In this document: one piece after another, positions 48,721 to 58,665 of the stretch
How the letters are laid out: each line of letters starts with the position of its first letter
How positions within the stretch are numbered: the stretch's first letter is position 1
Assembly (NCBI GenBank): GCA_963664405.1
Contig: OY761158.1
Coordinates: 5,984,001-6,048,000 of the forward strand
Source: Thermoanaerobaculia bacterium
GTDB lineage: Bacteria; Acidobacteriota; Thermoanaerobaculia; Multivoradales; Multivoraceae
Direction: 5' to 3'
Length of the DNA stretch: 64,000 nucleotides
Notes under the pieces: generated by a model
What the model was told of the DNA's origin: nothing
Database searches by the model: none
What the model saw: the letters and a program-made list of their open reading frames with translations, nothing else
Program-made: the position numbers and the translations under genes

Positions 48721-50725
48721 GGGTCGGCGCGGAAATAAGTTTCCAGTATCTGGGGTGACCATACCACTGCCCCCTTCTTCAGCCACCGCATAATCCTCCG
48801 GTACGCGCCTTGTTTGCAAGGTTTAGAGCTAGCATAGCCCTGCCCGCATTTGGTATAGTTTTCCCTGTCACCTCTTTTGGAAGGGGAACTATACCAAATG
48901 GTACGAGCCGAAGATCGTGATGCAACAGTGCGCGAGCTCTTGATGAGCGAACAGATGGCCACCATGGATGAGCTCAAGGACGCCATGGGAACCCGAGCCA
49001 CCATGACGGTCTACCGTTCGCTGTCTCGATTGGGCTATTTGGCCAGCTACTCGGATCGAGGGCGGTTCTATACCTTGAACGAGATTCCCGATTTCGACGA
49101 TCTGGGTTTGTGGTCGTGCGGTTCGGCGAGGTTCAGTCGGCATGGCAGCCTCCTCGAAACTGCGGTGGCTGCCGTGGACCGGTCCGCTGCCGGCTATACG
49201 GCTTCTGAACTCGAGCTCCTGCTGCAGGTCGAGGTCAAGCACGCGATGTTGCACCTCGTTCGTCGCAAGAGAATCGTACGATCCAGAGTTGGGAAGAGGT
49301 TCGTATACTTGTGCTCGGAAACAGGGCGCCGTCGTCAGCAGAAGCTGATGCGCAACGAACGGCAGGCTCTCCAGGATGTAGCTGCCAGCCTCGTTCCAGA
49401 AGTGCTCCCCGAGGAGCTCAGGGCTGCCATCGTTTTATTCTTCAGCCTGCTAGACGAACGCCAGCGGCGGCTCTTCGCTGGCCTGGAAGCGACCAAGCTC
49501 GGGCATGGCGGCGACCGGAAGATCGCCGATCTTCTGGACCTGGACCCTCATACAGTCGCAAAAGGACGTCGCGAGCTCTTCGGCGGCTCCGTGGAGCGCG
49601 GAAGAGTTCGAAGAGCAGGCGGTGGCAACCAACGAGTGGAAAAAAAACGCCCGAGATAGTCGATGGAATCCATTCCATACTCGAGGCCGATATAGCTGGT
49701 GATCCCATGTCATCAAAAAGATGGACGCACGAGACCGCTGCAAAGGTGGCCCAATGCCTTGCCGAACGCCTTGACATCATCGTATCGGCTACGGTGGTGC
49801 GTCGATTGCTCGCAGACCTGAACTATTCCCTCAAGAGCAATAGGAAATGTCTGTCTTCGGGGAACTCCCCAGATCGTGATGCACAGTTCAAGGCCATCAA
49901 GCGACTGCGCGAGGATTTCACAAGCGCTGGCGACCCGATCATCAGCGTCGATACGAAGAAGAAGGAGCTGATCGGTCGGTTCAAGAACCAGGGACAGACA
50001 TGGTGCCGCGAGGCCAAGCGGGTCAAGGATCACGACTTCCGGTCCGAAGCTCTCGCCATCGCCTCCCCCTATGGGATCTACGATCTTCAGAGGAACTTCG
50101 GCGTTCTCGTCCTCGGACAGTCGTCGGACACGCCGGAGTTCGCTGTCAACAGCATCGCGACCTGGTGGCTCAAATACGGTCGATCTCACTATCCGGCGTC
50201 TCAGCGTCTCCTCATTCTTGCCGACAGCGGCGCAAGCAACGGCGCACGGCTTCGAGCCTGGAAGAAGTACCTCCAGGAGAAGCTCGTAGACAAGTGCGGC
50301 CTCATCATCACCGTCGCCCACTATCCAACTGGCACCAGTAAATGGAATCCCATCGAGCACAGGATGTTCAGCGAGATCAGCAAGAACTGGGCCGGAGTTC
50401 CTCTCGAGAGTTTCGAGATCCTCGTCAACCTCGTCCGCAACACGACGACATCCACCGGACTGCGCGTCGAGCCGTGCCGTGATCAACGCCAATACCAGAA
50501 AGGAGTCAGGGTATCGGACAAGGAAATGCTGCAGCTCGCGGTGGCCAGGAGCGACTTCCTAGGAAAGTGGAACTACACCCTCTCGCCGAGACCGCGAACC
50601 GAGCAGGAAGAGCTTGCCCCACAGCCTGGGCTCAGCTCACCACCACCTCCAATGCAGCGACCGCCCTGTGGCGCCTCGGCCTCACACGCTCCGGCGATAA
50701 TGTGAAGTTATTTCCGCGCCGACCC
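48721..50725 (+). mobile_element. ISAzo13-family element
   Basis: TIR GGGTCGGCGCGGAAATAA / TTATTTCCGCGCCGACCC; 3-bp TSD TTA. Confidence 0.92.
48898..50705 (+). CDS. ISAzo13 transposase, two ORFs joined by a probable -1 frameshift at A8 (49640-49647)
   Basis: LDERQRR, GDPMS, DRDAQF, ISVDTKKKE, DHDF and SKWNPIEHR. Confidence 0.85.
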
Positions 50726-51195
50726 TTAGTCGCTCGTTTCGAGGGTGGGGTCTCGGAAGCCGCCGCTCGACGGGGCATGGAGCTTTTCGACGAATGGAAG
50801 GAAACGGAGATGGCCAGGCTCCAGAGCGAGCTCGGCAGCCTGGAGAGGCAGCGGGCAGGGAATGAGCTCGAGGCCCACAAACGGGAGTTCGAGAGCGAGA
50901 TCCGGCGAGACGCAGTAGCTCGCAGCGATGCCGGCACCCGCGGAAGGATGTCGGAGAGCCTGGCGCCCTACCTACCAGGGTTCGAGTTCGAAGTCAGAGA
51001 CGCCAGGTTCCTCGGCTCGCCGATCGACTTCGTGGTCTTTGACGGCCTTCATCGAGATCGGTGTGATCGCGTGGTCCTGGTCGAGGTGAAGAGTGGGCGC
51101 TCCACTCTCAGCACCCGAGAACGACGGGTTCGTGATGCGGTTCTGGAGGGGAGGGTCGAGTGGAGGGAGCTTCACGTCGAGTTGGAGGAGCCGGA

Positions 51196-51705
51196 GTGAC
51201 GGCGAGAAGATGGAGCGCCTCGGTCGCACTTCTGGCCCTGATCTGTCTGGGCTGCGCGACGCCGATTGCGATTGAGACGGTGTCGTCCGCGGGGCCGAGA
51301 CTGGCGCGGGCGAGAGGGGTTTTTGTGGATGGCGCCGTGCTATCTTACAAGGGCGAGTCCTCGACAACCGAGGCAGAACTTTGGAGCGCGCTCGAGCGCG
51401 AGCTAGGCCGCAAAAAGAAGCCGGTCAGATTGATGCCTGAGCGCGAGCAGTCCGATCTCGGCCTCTATTTCGAGCAGGCCGACTACCTCGCCTGCTTCAG
51501 CTGTCCTCAGTCAGACCAACGCTGGTACTGGTGGGGCCTGATTCTCGACGGCCGAGGACGCGAGCTTGCGTCTCTTCACGGCGAGGTGGGCAAGGAGGGG
51601 CGAGCGCCGTATCTGAGCTTTGTCAAAGAGGTGCGGCGGTTGGTTCGGCGCAGCCGACGGAGTTTCCCCGAGGCCGGTCACAGCAATCGCGAAGAGAGGC
51701 CCTAA
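51196..51705 (+). CDS. Hypothetical lipoprotein
   Basis: Lipobox-like LGC, GTGA overlap with the upstream gene. Confidence 0.6.
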   Translation: MTARRWSASVALLALICLGCATPIAIETVSSAGPRLARARGVFVDGAVLSYKGESSTTEAELWSALERELGRKKKPVRLMPEREQSDLGLYFEQADYLACFSCPQSDQRWYWWGLILDGRGRELASLHGEVGKEGRAPYLSFVKEVRRLVRRSRRSFPEAGHSNREERP

Positions 51706-51721
51706 TGAGTTAGGCTAGCCT

Positions 51722-52201
51722 TTGGATATGACGATCACCAAACATCGAAGGCGGTTTGTCGCTTTAGCCGTCGCCGCCCTCTCCACCAGTTTTCTGGTTT
51801 CTTATGCGCTTGCTGCCGTGGCCGGGGAGATGAGGTTCGAGGACGTTCGTCGTCAGACGGCCGAGTTCATCGGTTTTCACAAGAGCATCAGGCTCTCAGC
51901 GGCCCAACAGGCGATCTATCAAGAGGCGCTGGAAGCTCTCCCGGCTCCGTGCTGCAGCGACAACTCCGCCTATACCTGCTGTTGCCCCTGCAATGCAGCT
52001 CGTGCTTGGTGGGGTCTTTCCAAGCACTTGATCGCCGACCTTGACTACGATGTCGAACAGGTAAAGGAGAAGGTCAACGAATGGTTCGTCTTCACCAACC
52101 CCAAAGGCTACAGCGGTGACATCTGCTACACCGGGGGCTGCGGCCGCTCTTTTGCGAACAACGGCTGTGGCGGTATGAGCGAATCCAGCCTGGTGTTCTG
52201 A
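51722..52201 (+). CDS. Secreted Cys-rich hypothetical protein
   Basis: Signal peptide, APCC..CCCPCN and CYTGGC..GCGGM. Confidence 0.65.
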   Translation: MDMTITKHRRRFVALAVAALSTSFLVSYALAAVAGEMRFEDVRRQTAEFIGFHKSIRLSAAQQAIYQEALEALPAPCCSDNSAYTCCCPCNAARAWWGLSKHLIADLDYDVEQVKEKVNEWFVFTNPKGYSGDICYTGGCGRSFANNGCGGMSESSLVF

Positions 52202-52269
52202 ATGCCGCTGATCGGTGGGTTCGAGAGTCTCGCTGCTGTCCAAGGTCCAGTGATCGTGGTGGGGGGGCC

Positions 52270-53178
52270 TTGATGTTCCGGGTGCTGGTAGCCGACGACT
52301 CGAGCGCCGATAAAGAGATGATCGGCGGCCTCCTAGCCGAGGGGGGCGAGATCGAAGTCAGTTATGTGGGAGACGGAAAGGAAGCGCTGCATCATCTCGA
52401 GCAGGCGACCGTCGATCTGGTCATCACCGATCTGGTGATGCCCGATCTCAGCGGTCTCGAGCTCGTGTCCGAGGTCCGCGAGCGCTTTCCATTGGTGCCG
52501 GTGATCATCTGCACAGCCAAAGGTAGCGAGGAGTCGGCGGTTGAGGCTCTCCAACATGGCGCCGCGAGCTACGTTCCGAAGCGGGCCCTCGCTAGCGATC
52601 TACTCGACACCGTCGACACAGTACTGTCGTCGGCAGCCCAGCAGCAGTGCAGGAGCGAGGCGATGGAAGCGATGGCGAGCTGCACGACCTCTTGGCAGCT
52701 CAAGAACGATCGCAGACTGTTTACGCCACTGATCAGCTATCTTCAGGAGAGCCTGGGTAACCTCGGCCTGCTGGACAACGCGGACCGTACACGGGTCGGT
52801 GTGGCGCTAGAGGAGGCCCTGGTCAATGCTGCCGAGCATGGCAACCTCGACCTCGACTCGAAGTTGCGGGCCACCGATCGTCGGGCTTATCTCGAGCTGG
52901 CCGAAGAACGAAGGTCTCTCGAGCCGTTCAAAGATCGTAGGGTCCACCTGCAGGCCTTGCTTTCACGCGATGAAGCCGTCTTCGTTGTCCGCGACGAAGG
53001 CAGCGGCTTCGACCCGTCGTCATTGCCTGATCCGACGGACCCGGAGAATCTGCTCAGAGTGAGTGGGCGAGGGGTGCTGATCATGCGGACGTTCATGGAC
53101 GAGCTCCGCTACAACGATAGTGGTAACGAGGTCACCATGGTCAAGCGTGCTCCCGCACGCGAAGGAGGTTCCACATGA
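52270..53178 (+). CDS. Response regulator with HATPase (anti-sigma kinase-like) output
   Basis: VADDS, TDLVMP, EALVNA..HGN, DEGSGF, GRG and GNEV. Confidence 0.88.
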   Translation: MMFRVLVADDSSADKEMIGGLLAEGGEIEVSYVGDGKEALHHLEQATVDLVITDLVMPDLSGLELVSEVRERFPLVPVIICTAKGSEESAVEALQHGAASYVPKRALASDLLDTVDTVLSSAAQQQCRSEAMEAMASCTTSWQLKNDRRLFTPLISYLQESLGNLGLLDNADRTRVGVALEEALVNAAEHGNLDLDSKLRATDRRAYLELAEERRSLEPFKDRRVHLQALLSRDEAVFVVRDEGSGFDPSSLPDPTDPENLLRVSGRGVLIMRTFMDELRYNDSGNEVTMVKRAPAREGGST

Positions 53179-53822
53179 GTTTTCTCAGTGCCAAGCAGCA
53201 TGTGATCAGTCCCGAAGCGGCCCTCCCGGGTCGCGAACAGACGATGCCGGTGGCCTCTCGCCACTATGTGCTTGACGCTCGCCTTGCCCCGCCATACCCC
53301 GACACGACCGAGCTCGCTGTCTTCGGGCTTGGCTGTTTTTGGGGGGCGGAAAGGAAGTTCTGGGAGGCTTCCGGTGTTTACAGCACTTCTGTTGGTTATG
53401 CGGGAGGCTTCACTCCGAATCCGACCTATGAAGAGGTGTGCTCCGGGCGCACTGGCCATACCGAGGCGGTGCAGGTGGTGTTCTGGCCGGAGAGGACCTC
53501 TTATCAGGAGCTGTTGCGAGTATTCTGGGAGACCCACGATCCGACCCAGGGTATGCGCCAGGGTAATGACATGGGAACCCAGTACCGCTCGGCGATCTAT
53601 ACCTTTGGAGAGGGCCAGCTCGAGGCTGCTCGCGTATCCGAGGCGATCTTCGAGGAGAGTCTGCGCGCAGCGGGGTACGGTGAGATCACCACTGAGATTC
53701 GATCGGCGACGGAGTACTTTTTCGCCGAGGATTATCATCAACAGTATTTGGCGAAGAACCCGATGGGGTATTGCGGGCTCGGCGGTACCGGAGTCAGTTG
53801 CCCGGTCAGTGTCGAGGTCTGA
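53175..53822 (+). CDS. msrA: Peptide-methionine (S)-S-oxide reductase
   Basis: GCFWG, GHTEAV and AEDYHQQYL. Confidence 0.97.
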   Translation: MSFLSAKQHVISPEAALPGREQTMPVASRHYVLDARLAPPYPDTTELAVFGLGCFWGAERKFWEASGVYSTSVGYAGGFTPNPTYEEVCSGRTGHTEAVQVVFWPERTSYQELLRVFWETHDPTQGMRQGNDMGTQYRSAIYTFGEGQLEAARVSEAIFEESLRAAGYGEITTEIRSATEYFFAEDYHQQYLAKNPMGYCGLGGTGVSCPVSVEV

Positions 53823-53876
53823 TTCCCCGCTGAGGCCGAGCAGTCGAGTTGCCGGGCGGGTAAGGATCATCGCAGG

Positions 53877-54650
53877 ATGCGTATCGCTAGCTGGAACGTC
53901 AACGGGCTCCGCTCGCGCATCGACTTCGTCTTGCATTGGCTCCGGGCTAGGCAGCCTGACGTCGTGGGTATCCAAGAGCTCAAGCTCGAAGATGAGCACT
54001 TCCCTCATGCTGAGCTCGCGGCTGTCGGCTATCAGGCCCTGACCCATGGGCAGAAAAGCTGGAACGGCGTTGCCATTCTCAGCCGTCATCCGATCGAAGT
54101 CGTACAGCGAGGTCTTCCAGGCCAGGAGGAGATGGGCGCCCGCCTGATCACGGCGCGCACCGGCGACATCCTGTTTACGACCGTGTACTGCCCCAACGGT
54201 AAGAGCCTCAGCCATGAAGACTACGCGCGTAAGCTGCTCTGGTACGAAGATCTGCGCAGCCATCTCGAGCAGAATCAAGATCCGGCCGGTTCCGCCGTTC
54301 TATGTGGAGATTTCAACATCTGTCCAGAGCCTCTGGACAGCTGGAACGAAGACGCGCTGGTAGGGCATATCTTCCACACCGAGGCCGAGCGAGAGCGATT
54401 CCAAGCTGTTCTCGACTGGGGGCTGACTGATCTCTTCCGACGCCTCGAGCCCGAGCTACAGGCCTTTTCGTGGTGGGACTATCGTGCGGGTGCTTTTCAC
54501 AAGAACATGGGGCTGCGTATCGATTTCCTGCTTGCAACCGCAGCGCTCGCCGAGCGGGTCCAGGCGGTCGAGATCGATCGCGAATATCGCAAAAAGAAAG
54601 ACGGTCTCACCGCTTCGGATCACGCTCCCGTGATAGCGGACTTGGGCTAA
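53877..54650 (+). CDS. xth: Exodeoxyribonuclease III
   Basis: SWNVNG, QELK, GDFN, GLRID and SDHAP. Confidence 0.95.
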   Translation: MRIASWNVNGLRSRIDFVLHWLRARQPDVVGIQELKLEDEHFPHAELAAVGYQALTHGQKSWNGVAILSRHPIEVVQRGLPGQEEMGARLITARTGDILFTTVYCPNGKSLSHEDYARKLLWYEDLRSHLEQNQDPAGSAVLCGDFNICPEPLDSWNEDALVGHIFHTEAERERFQAVLDWGLTDLFRRLEPELQAFSWWDYRAGAFHKNMGLRIDFLLATAALAERVQAVEIDREYRKKKDGLTASDHAPVIADLG

Positions 54651-54684
54651 ACAACGTGGCACCGAGGACGACGCACCCGGACCG

Positions 54685-54846
54685 AGTGTCCTGTACCAGT
54701 AGTTCGTCACATAACTCGCTGGCCCTTTTGCGTCCTGCCGTCGTTGCACCTCCTCGAAATATTCCCAATATGACTTCGTCGGCGCGCCTTGGCAGCCCAC
54801 AAAATGACTGCGCGATTTATGCAACGAACCACTGATACAGGACACT
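54685..54846. mobile_element. MITE (~160 bp) next to a degenerate repeat hairpin
   Basis: Imperfect 30-bp TIR AGTGTCCTGTACCAGTAGTTCGTCACATAA / TTATGCAACGAACCACTGATACAGGACACT; right flank CTAG. Confidence 0.8.
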
Positions 54847-54851
54847 AGGAA

Positions 54852-55580
54852 ATGATCGCCGAGCCTGAGGCCTCCGACCTATTGAGCGTGGCTCGCACTC
54901 TGCGGTCGCATCGCGTCTATCTCTTCTACAAGCACGCCGCCCACTTCTGCAACCCGCTGGTGCCGGTGGAGTGGAAGGCGCTGCAGGACGATCCTGTGCT
55001 GGTCGACGAGCAGGTCCGGAGGGTGGTGCTCGAGCTTCTTCCCGAGCAGCTCCCGAGCCTGGAGGCAGGCATCTACTCTCCGGTTCCTATCGCCAGAGGG
55101 CTGGCGGAGGGGCGCTCACTCGGGTCGCTCTTGGCAGACTTTCGTTACGAGATGATTCAGGTCGACGAGGATCAGCGCTGGACCTGGCAGGGTCGACCGG
55201 TTGCGACCAAGGTTCGAGCCTTTCTTCTCGAGAACCTCGCCTACGAGCCGGCGCTCGAGCTCTACTACTTCGAGTACAAGGTCAATGCGGACTGGTGGGA
55301 CAAGAGCTATCTCGAGACTGCGACGACACCACTGACTGCAAGGACCCTGGGGCTGGTCGAGAGCGGAGCTCGGGTCGATCTCGACAACCTCCGCTCGGAC
55401 CTGTTGGTGCTGGAAACCTTTCGCCTCGACGACAGAGAACGTCTCTACTGTGAGACGGCAGAGCACGGGGAGGTGATGCTCAGCGATTCTGTGCGCTTCT
55501 CGCTGCTGAGCACGGTCAACGAGGCTTGTGATGCTTTGCAGGTGGGTGAAGCGTGGTACCCACTACGCTGGCCTGAATGA
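54852..55580 (+). CDS. Hypothetical protein
   Basis: Long ORF with host-like codon pattern, no recognised motif. Confidence 0.6.
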   Translation: MIAEPEASDLLSVARTLRSHRVYLFYKHAAHFCNPLVPVEWKALQDDPVLVDEQVRRVVLELLPEQLPSLEAGIYSPVPIARGLAEGRSLGSLLADFRYEMIQVDEDQRWTWQGRPVATKVRAFLLENLAYEPALELYYFEYKVNADWWDKSYLETATTPLTARTLGLVESGARVDLDNLRSDLLVLETFRLDDRERLYCETAEHGEVMLSDSVRFSLLSTVNEACDALQVGEAWYPLRWPE

Positions 55581-55612
55581 CGACGAAGGAGTCGTCGTGG
55601 AGCGAGGAGGTC

Positions 55613-56566
55613 TCAGCCGCTTCCCAGGTAGGCTCGATTGAGGATCTCCGCGAGGGGATCCGGAGAGCTGCGGCCGCTCAGACGGCGCATCGCCTGGAAG
55701 TATGGCGGCTGGTATCGCAGCCGCTTAGGCAAGTGCGGTAGGACGCGGCGGATCACGTCGGTGGCTCTGGCCGCTGCTCGACGCTCCTTCTCGCCGTAGG
55801 CGAAGCCGAATTTGTCACGAACAGCGGCCGGCAAGAGGCCGATGGTCAAGGTGCGCAGGCCAACCATGAGTGGAGCGAAGAGCGGGTCGGAGGGCACGAA
55901 GAGGTAGGCCGCGATCTCTCGTGCTGCCTTGCCGATGGCCAGCTCCTCGGAGTTCCACATTTCTTGGTTGTAGGCCTGAAAGTCGGACCAAGAGTGCGGT
56001 ACATCCCCGTCCGCCAGGCCGAAAAGCCGGGCAAATACCCGGGTCTCTTGGTAGTAGCTCTCCTTGGTCTCGTCGGAGAGCGGTGCATAAAAGGTTTCGT
56101 ACATGGCGATCGAGCTCTCCCAGAGGGTGGCGTGCACCCAGACGAGACCGCGCCGATCGTTGGCGTCGTAGCGATCGCCAGGTGAGTAGGCGCCGACAGT
56201 CTCGTCGAAGGTGCCGTGGATTGCCTGATGGACTCGGTGCACATGGCGGGCTGCATTGAGGGCCGAGTCGAGGTCGCCCCAAACCATCGGAAAGATCTGT
56301 CTGAAGGTGCGCTGAAATCGGCCACGAGGATCTGTCTTGGTTCTTGAGTGCTCCGCGATGCCCTGCGCGACCTGCGGGTGTGCGATCTGGAGAAGGGCGG
56401 CCCGACCGGAGCCGAGGAAAATCGCCGCGTGTCGATTGACTTTCCACATCTCGGATGCGGAGCCGAAGATTCCCTCGACGGGCTCGTGCACTCCTGCAGC
56501 GACGATCTCGAGTTGTCGCTCTAGCTCGTCGGTTCGGACGAGGTGGGGGTGTTCTGGTGTCGCCAT
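55613..56566 (-). CDS. Oxygenase MpaB/DUF2236 family protein
   Basis: G.GRA.LLQ.AHP.VA.G..EHS, Y.AND and WVHATL. Confidence 0.85.
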   Translation of the reverse strand: MATPEHPHLVRTDELERQLEIVAAGVHEPVEGIFGSASEMWKVNRHAAIFLGSGRAALLQIAHPQVAQGIAEHSRTKTDPRGRFQRTFRQIFPMVWGDLDSALNAARHVHRVHQAIHGTFDETVGAYSPGDRYDANDRRGLVWVHATLWESSIAMYETFYAPLSDETKESYYQETRVFARLFGLADGDVPHSWSDFQAYNQEMWNSEELAIGKAAREIAAYLFVPSDPLFAPLMVGLRTLTIGLLPAAVRDKFGFAYGEKERRAAARATDVIRRVLPHLPKRLRYQPPYFQAMRRLSGRSSPDPLAEILNRAYLGSG

Positions 56567-56632
56567 CGGGTGAGGCCTCCAATTCAGCGGCTTGCGCGGT
56601 AGCTGAGCGGATCGTTCGCTGGGTCATGTTAC

Positions 56633-56764
56633 CTAGGCTCCAGAAATGATGGCTATCATTTCCTCCGCCTAGTTGTCTTTTGGCGCCGAGGACGGCGCAC
56701 TCAGGCGTTGCTTCCTATTCGCTCCGGGAAACGGCTCTGGCCGAATACTCGGACACGCTCCTAG
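56633..56764 (+). repeat. Intact 132-bp CTAG-bounded repeat with empty IS110 target
   Basis: Near-identical to 60105-60236; ends GAATACTCGGACACGCTCCTAG. Confidence 0.92.
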
Positions 56765-57003
56765 CCTGGATTATTCATGAAGCTCCTACTACGGTGCCGC
56801 AGCTGCCTGAATCTACTGCGTTGCGCTCTGACTGGGCGTCCCCGTCGCGCCCCTCGACGTATTGCCCAATACGCCTGCGGTGCTCTCGGTCGCGACGCCT
56901 TGTATCTTCAGGCATCTGCGGCACCTTGCTACGGACCTCATGAATAGTCCAGGCTAGAGAACGCGATAGCATCGACCTTCTCGCCCCGAGGAGGTCCGAT
57001 CGA

Positions 57004-57903
57004 ATGCGTTTCTCTTTTTGGCCCACGCCCACTCAATCGTGGAGCGAAGTTCTCTTTCTCGCGAAGCATGTCGAGAAGACCGGCTGGGACGGCTTCTGGT
57101 ATGCCGATCACTTCATGCCGAACAGCACCGATCTCGACGTTCCGATCAACGAATGTTGGACTGTTCTGGCCGGAATTGCTGCTGCCGTGCCGCGTCTCCG
57201 TTTGGGCCCGCTGGTCACCGGCAACACTTACCGGCATCCTGCTGTACTGGCGAAGATGGCGGCGACGGTGGACCAGATCAGCGGCGGAAGAGTGGTGCTC
57301 GGCCTCGGCTCAGGCTGGCAGGAGAACGAGCACAAGGCTTACGGGATCGAGTTCTCGACCATTCCCGGTCGGCTGGCCCGCTTGGACGAGGCATGTCAGG
57401 TGATCAGAGGTCTCTTCAGCGGGGATCGGACCGACTTCGACGGTAAGTATTACCAACTGAGAGGGGCGCCGCTCTCCCCCAAGCCGGTTCAGAGCCCCCT
57501 GCCGCTGCTTGTTGGCGGCGGCGGCGAGAAGGTCACCTTGCGGATTACCGCCAACTATGCCGATGAGTGGAACGTTTGGGCCGACGTCGAGACGTTGAAG
57601 CACAAGATGGCCGTCCTCGACGCGCATTGTGAGGATTTAGGTAGGGATCCAGCCGAGATCAAGCGCTCCGCGCAGGCTATGGTTTTCCTCAGTGACGACC
57701 CAGCCGAGGTCGAGAAAGCGAGCTCGCGCCCGGGCCTTCCGGTGATGGCGGGAAATGTGGAGGAGGTGCGCGACACAGTTGCGGCATATGCCGCTACGGG
57801 TCTCGACGAACTGATCGTTCCCGACTTCGTCATGGGGCCGCGAGAGCGGAAGCTGCCGATGTTGGATCAGTTCATCGAAGAGGTGGCCTCAGTTGCCCGT
57901 TGA
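57004..57903 (+). CDS. LLM-class (F420-type) oxidoreductase
   Basis: W.ADHF, NTYRHPAVLAKMAATVD.ISGGR and VGGGGEK. Confidence 0.9.
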   Translation: MRFSFWPTPTQSWSEVLFLAKHVEKTGWDGFWYADHFMPNSTDLDVPINECWTVLAGIAAAVPRLRLGPLVTGNTYRHPAVLAKMAATVDQISGGRVVLGLGSGWQENEHKAYGIEFSTIPGRLARLDEACQVIRGLFSGDRTDFDGKYYQLRGAPLSPKPVQSPLPLLVGGGGEKVTLRITANYADEWNVWADVETLKHKMAVLDAHCEDLGRDPAEIKRSAQAMVFLSDDPAEVEKASSRPGLPVMAGNVEEVRDTVAAYAATGLDELIVPDFVMGPRERKLPMLDQFIEEVASVAR

Positions 57904-57910
57904 AAGGGTG

Positions 57911-58582
57911 ATGAAGGTGGCTGTCGGCGGTAGCGCTCTCTTTCTCGCTCTGGCGGCGTCGAGCCCCGCTGCAGAGCAGCCTCGGCGGGTTTCCTTCGAC
58001 ACCACCGACGGCGGGGTCATCGTTGCCGATCTCTACCCGGGAGGAGCGCACGGCGTCGTGCTCGCCCACGGTGCAGTTTTCGATAAAGAGAGCTGGAGCA
58101 AGCAGGCCGTCGCGTTGGTGGCCGAGGGCCTGACCGTGCTGGCCATCGACTTCAGGGGCTACGGCAAATCACAGGGCGGAAGCGCGAGGGATGATCTTTC
58201 GTTGGACGTGCTCGGCGCAGTCGCCTATCTCCGCGAGCAGGGCGCCGAGCAGGTCTCTGTGCTGGGTGGAAGCATGGGCGCCGCGGCTTCCGCTTCAGCC
58301 GCACGCCGGGCCGATGTGGGCTCGATTCACAAGCTCATTCTTCTGGCTCCGCCTCCCTTTGGCGGCGCCGAGAATCTGCGCGCAACGGCGACGCTTTTCG
58401 TTGTGAGTCGAGGCGACGGTCTCAGGTCGTCGGTAGAGAAGCACTTCGAAGCGGCGCCGGAGCCAAAGAGGCTCGTCGTTCTGAAGGGAAGCGCCCACGC
58501 CCAACATATCTTCAAGACCGGTCGAGGCGCCGAGCTGATGAGCCTCCTGGTCGAGTTCCTCGTCGAAGAACCGACTCAATAG
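57911..58582 (+). CDS. Secreted alpha/beta hydrolase
   Basis: LAHG, DFRGYG, GGSMG and C-terminal His. Confidence 0.85.
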   Translation: MKVAVGGSALFLALAASSPAAEQPRRVSFDTTDGGVIVADLYPGGAHGVVLAHGAVFDKESWSKQAVALVAEGLTVLAIDFRGYGKSQGGSARDDLSLDVLGAVAYLREQGAEQVSVLGGSMGAAASASAARRADVGSIHKLILLAPPPFGGAENLRATATLFVVSRGDGLRSSVEKHFEAAPEPKRLVVLKGSAHAQHIFKTGRGAELMSLLVEFLVEEPTQ

Positions 58583-58665
58583 TTGCAGATCGTGTCCTGG
58601 CTTTGCTTGGAGGTGATGAGCTAGAACTGCGCCTCTCATGTTGGGTGATCGCGGGTGTGAGCCGT

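Larger units (their letters stand above)
48613..51199 (+). pseudogene. Holliday-junction-resolvase-like endonuclease interrupted by ISAzo13
   Basis: N-terminal TM ...HFESL| joins |VARFEGG...RFLGSPIDFVVFDG...VEVKSG (PD-D/ExK). Confidence 0.8.

Noticed and set aside
56680-56943. Recurrent MAPRTA... small ORFs (616, 44433, 46378, 56680, 60250)
   Set aside because: They are translations of the repeat from TTG in its hairpin, with no RBS and no conserved stop
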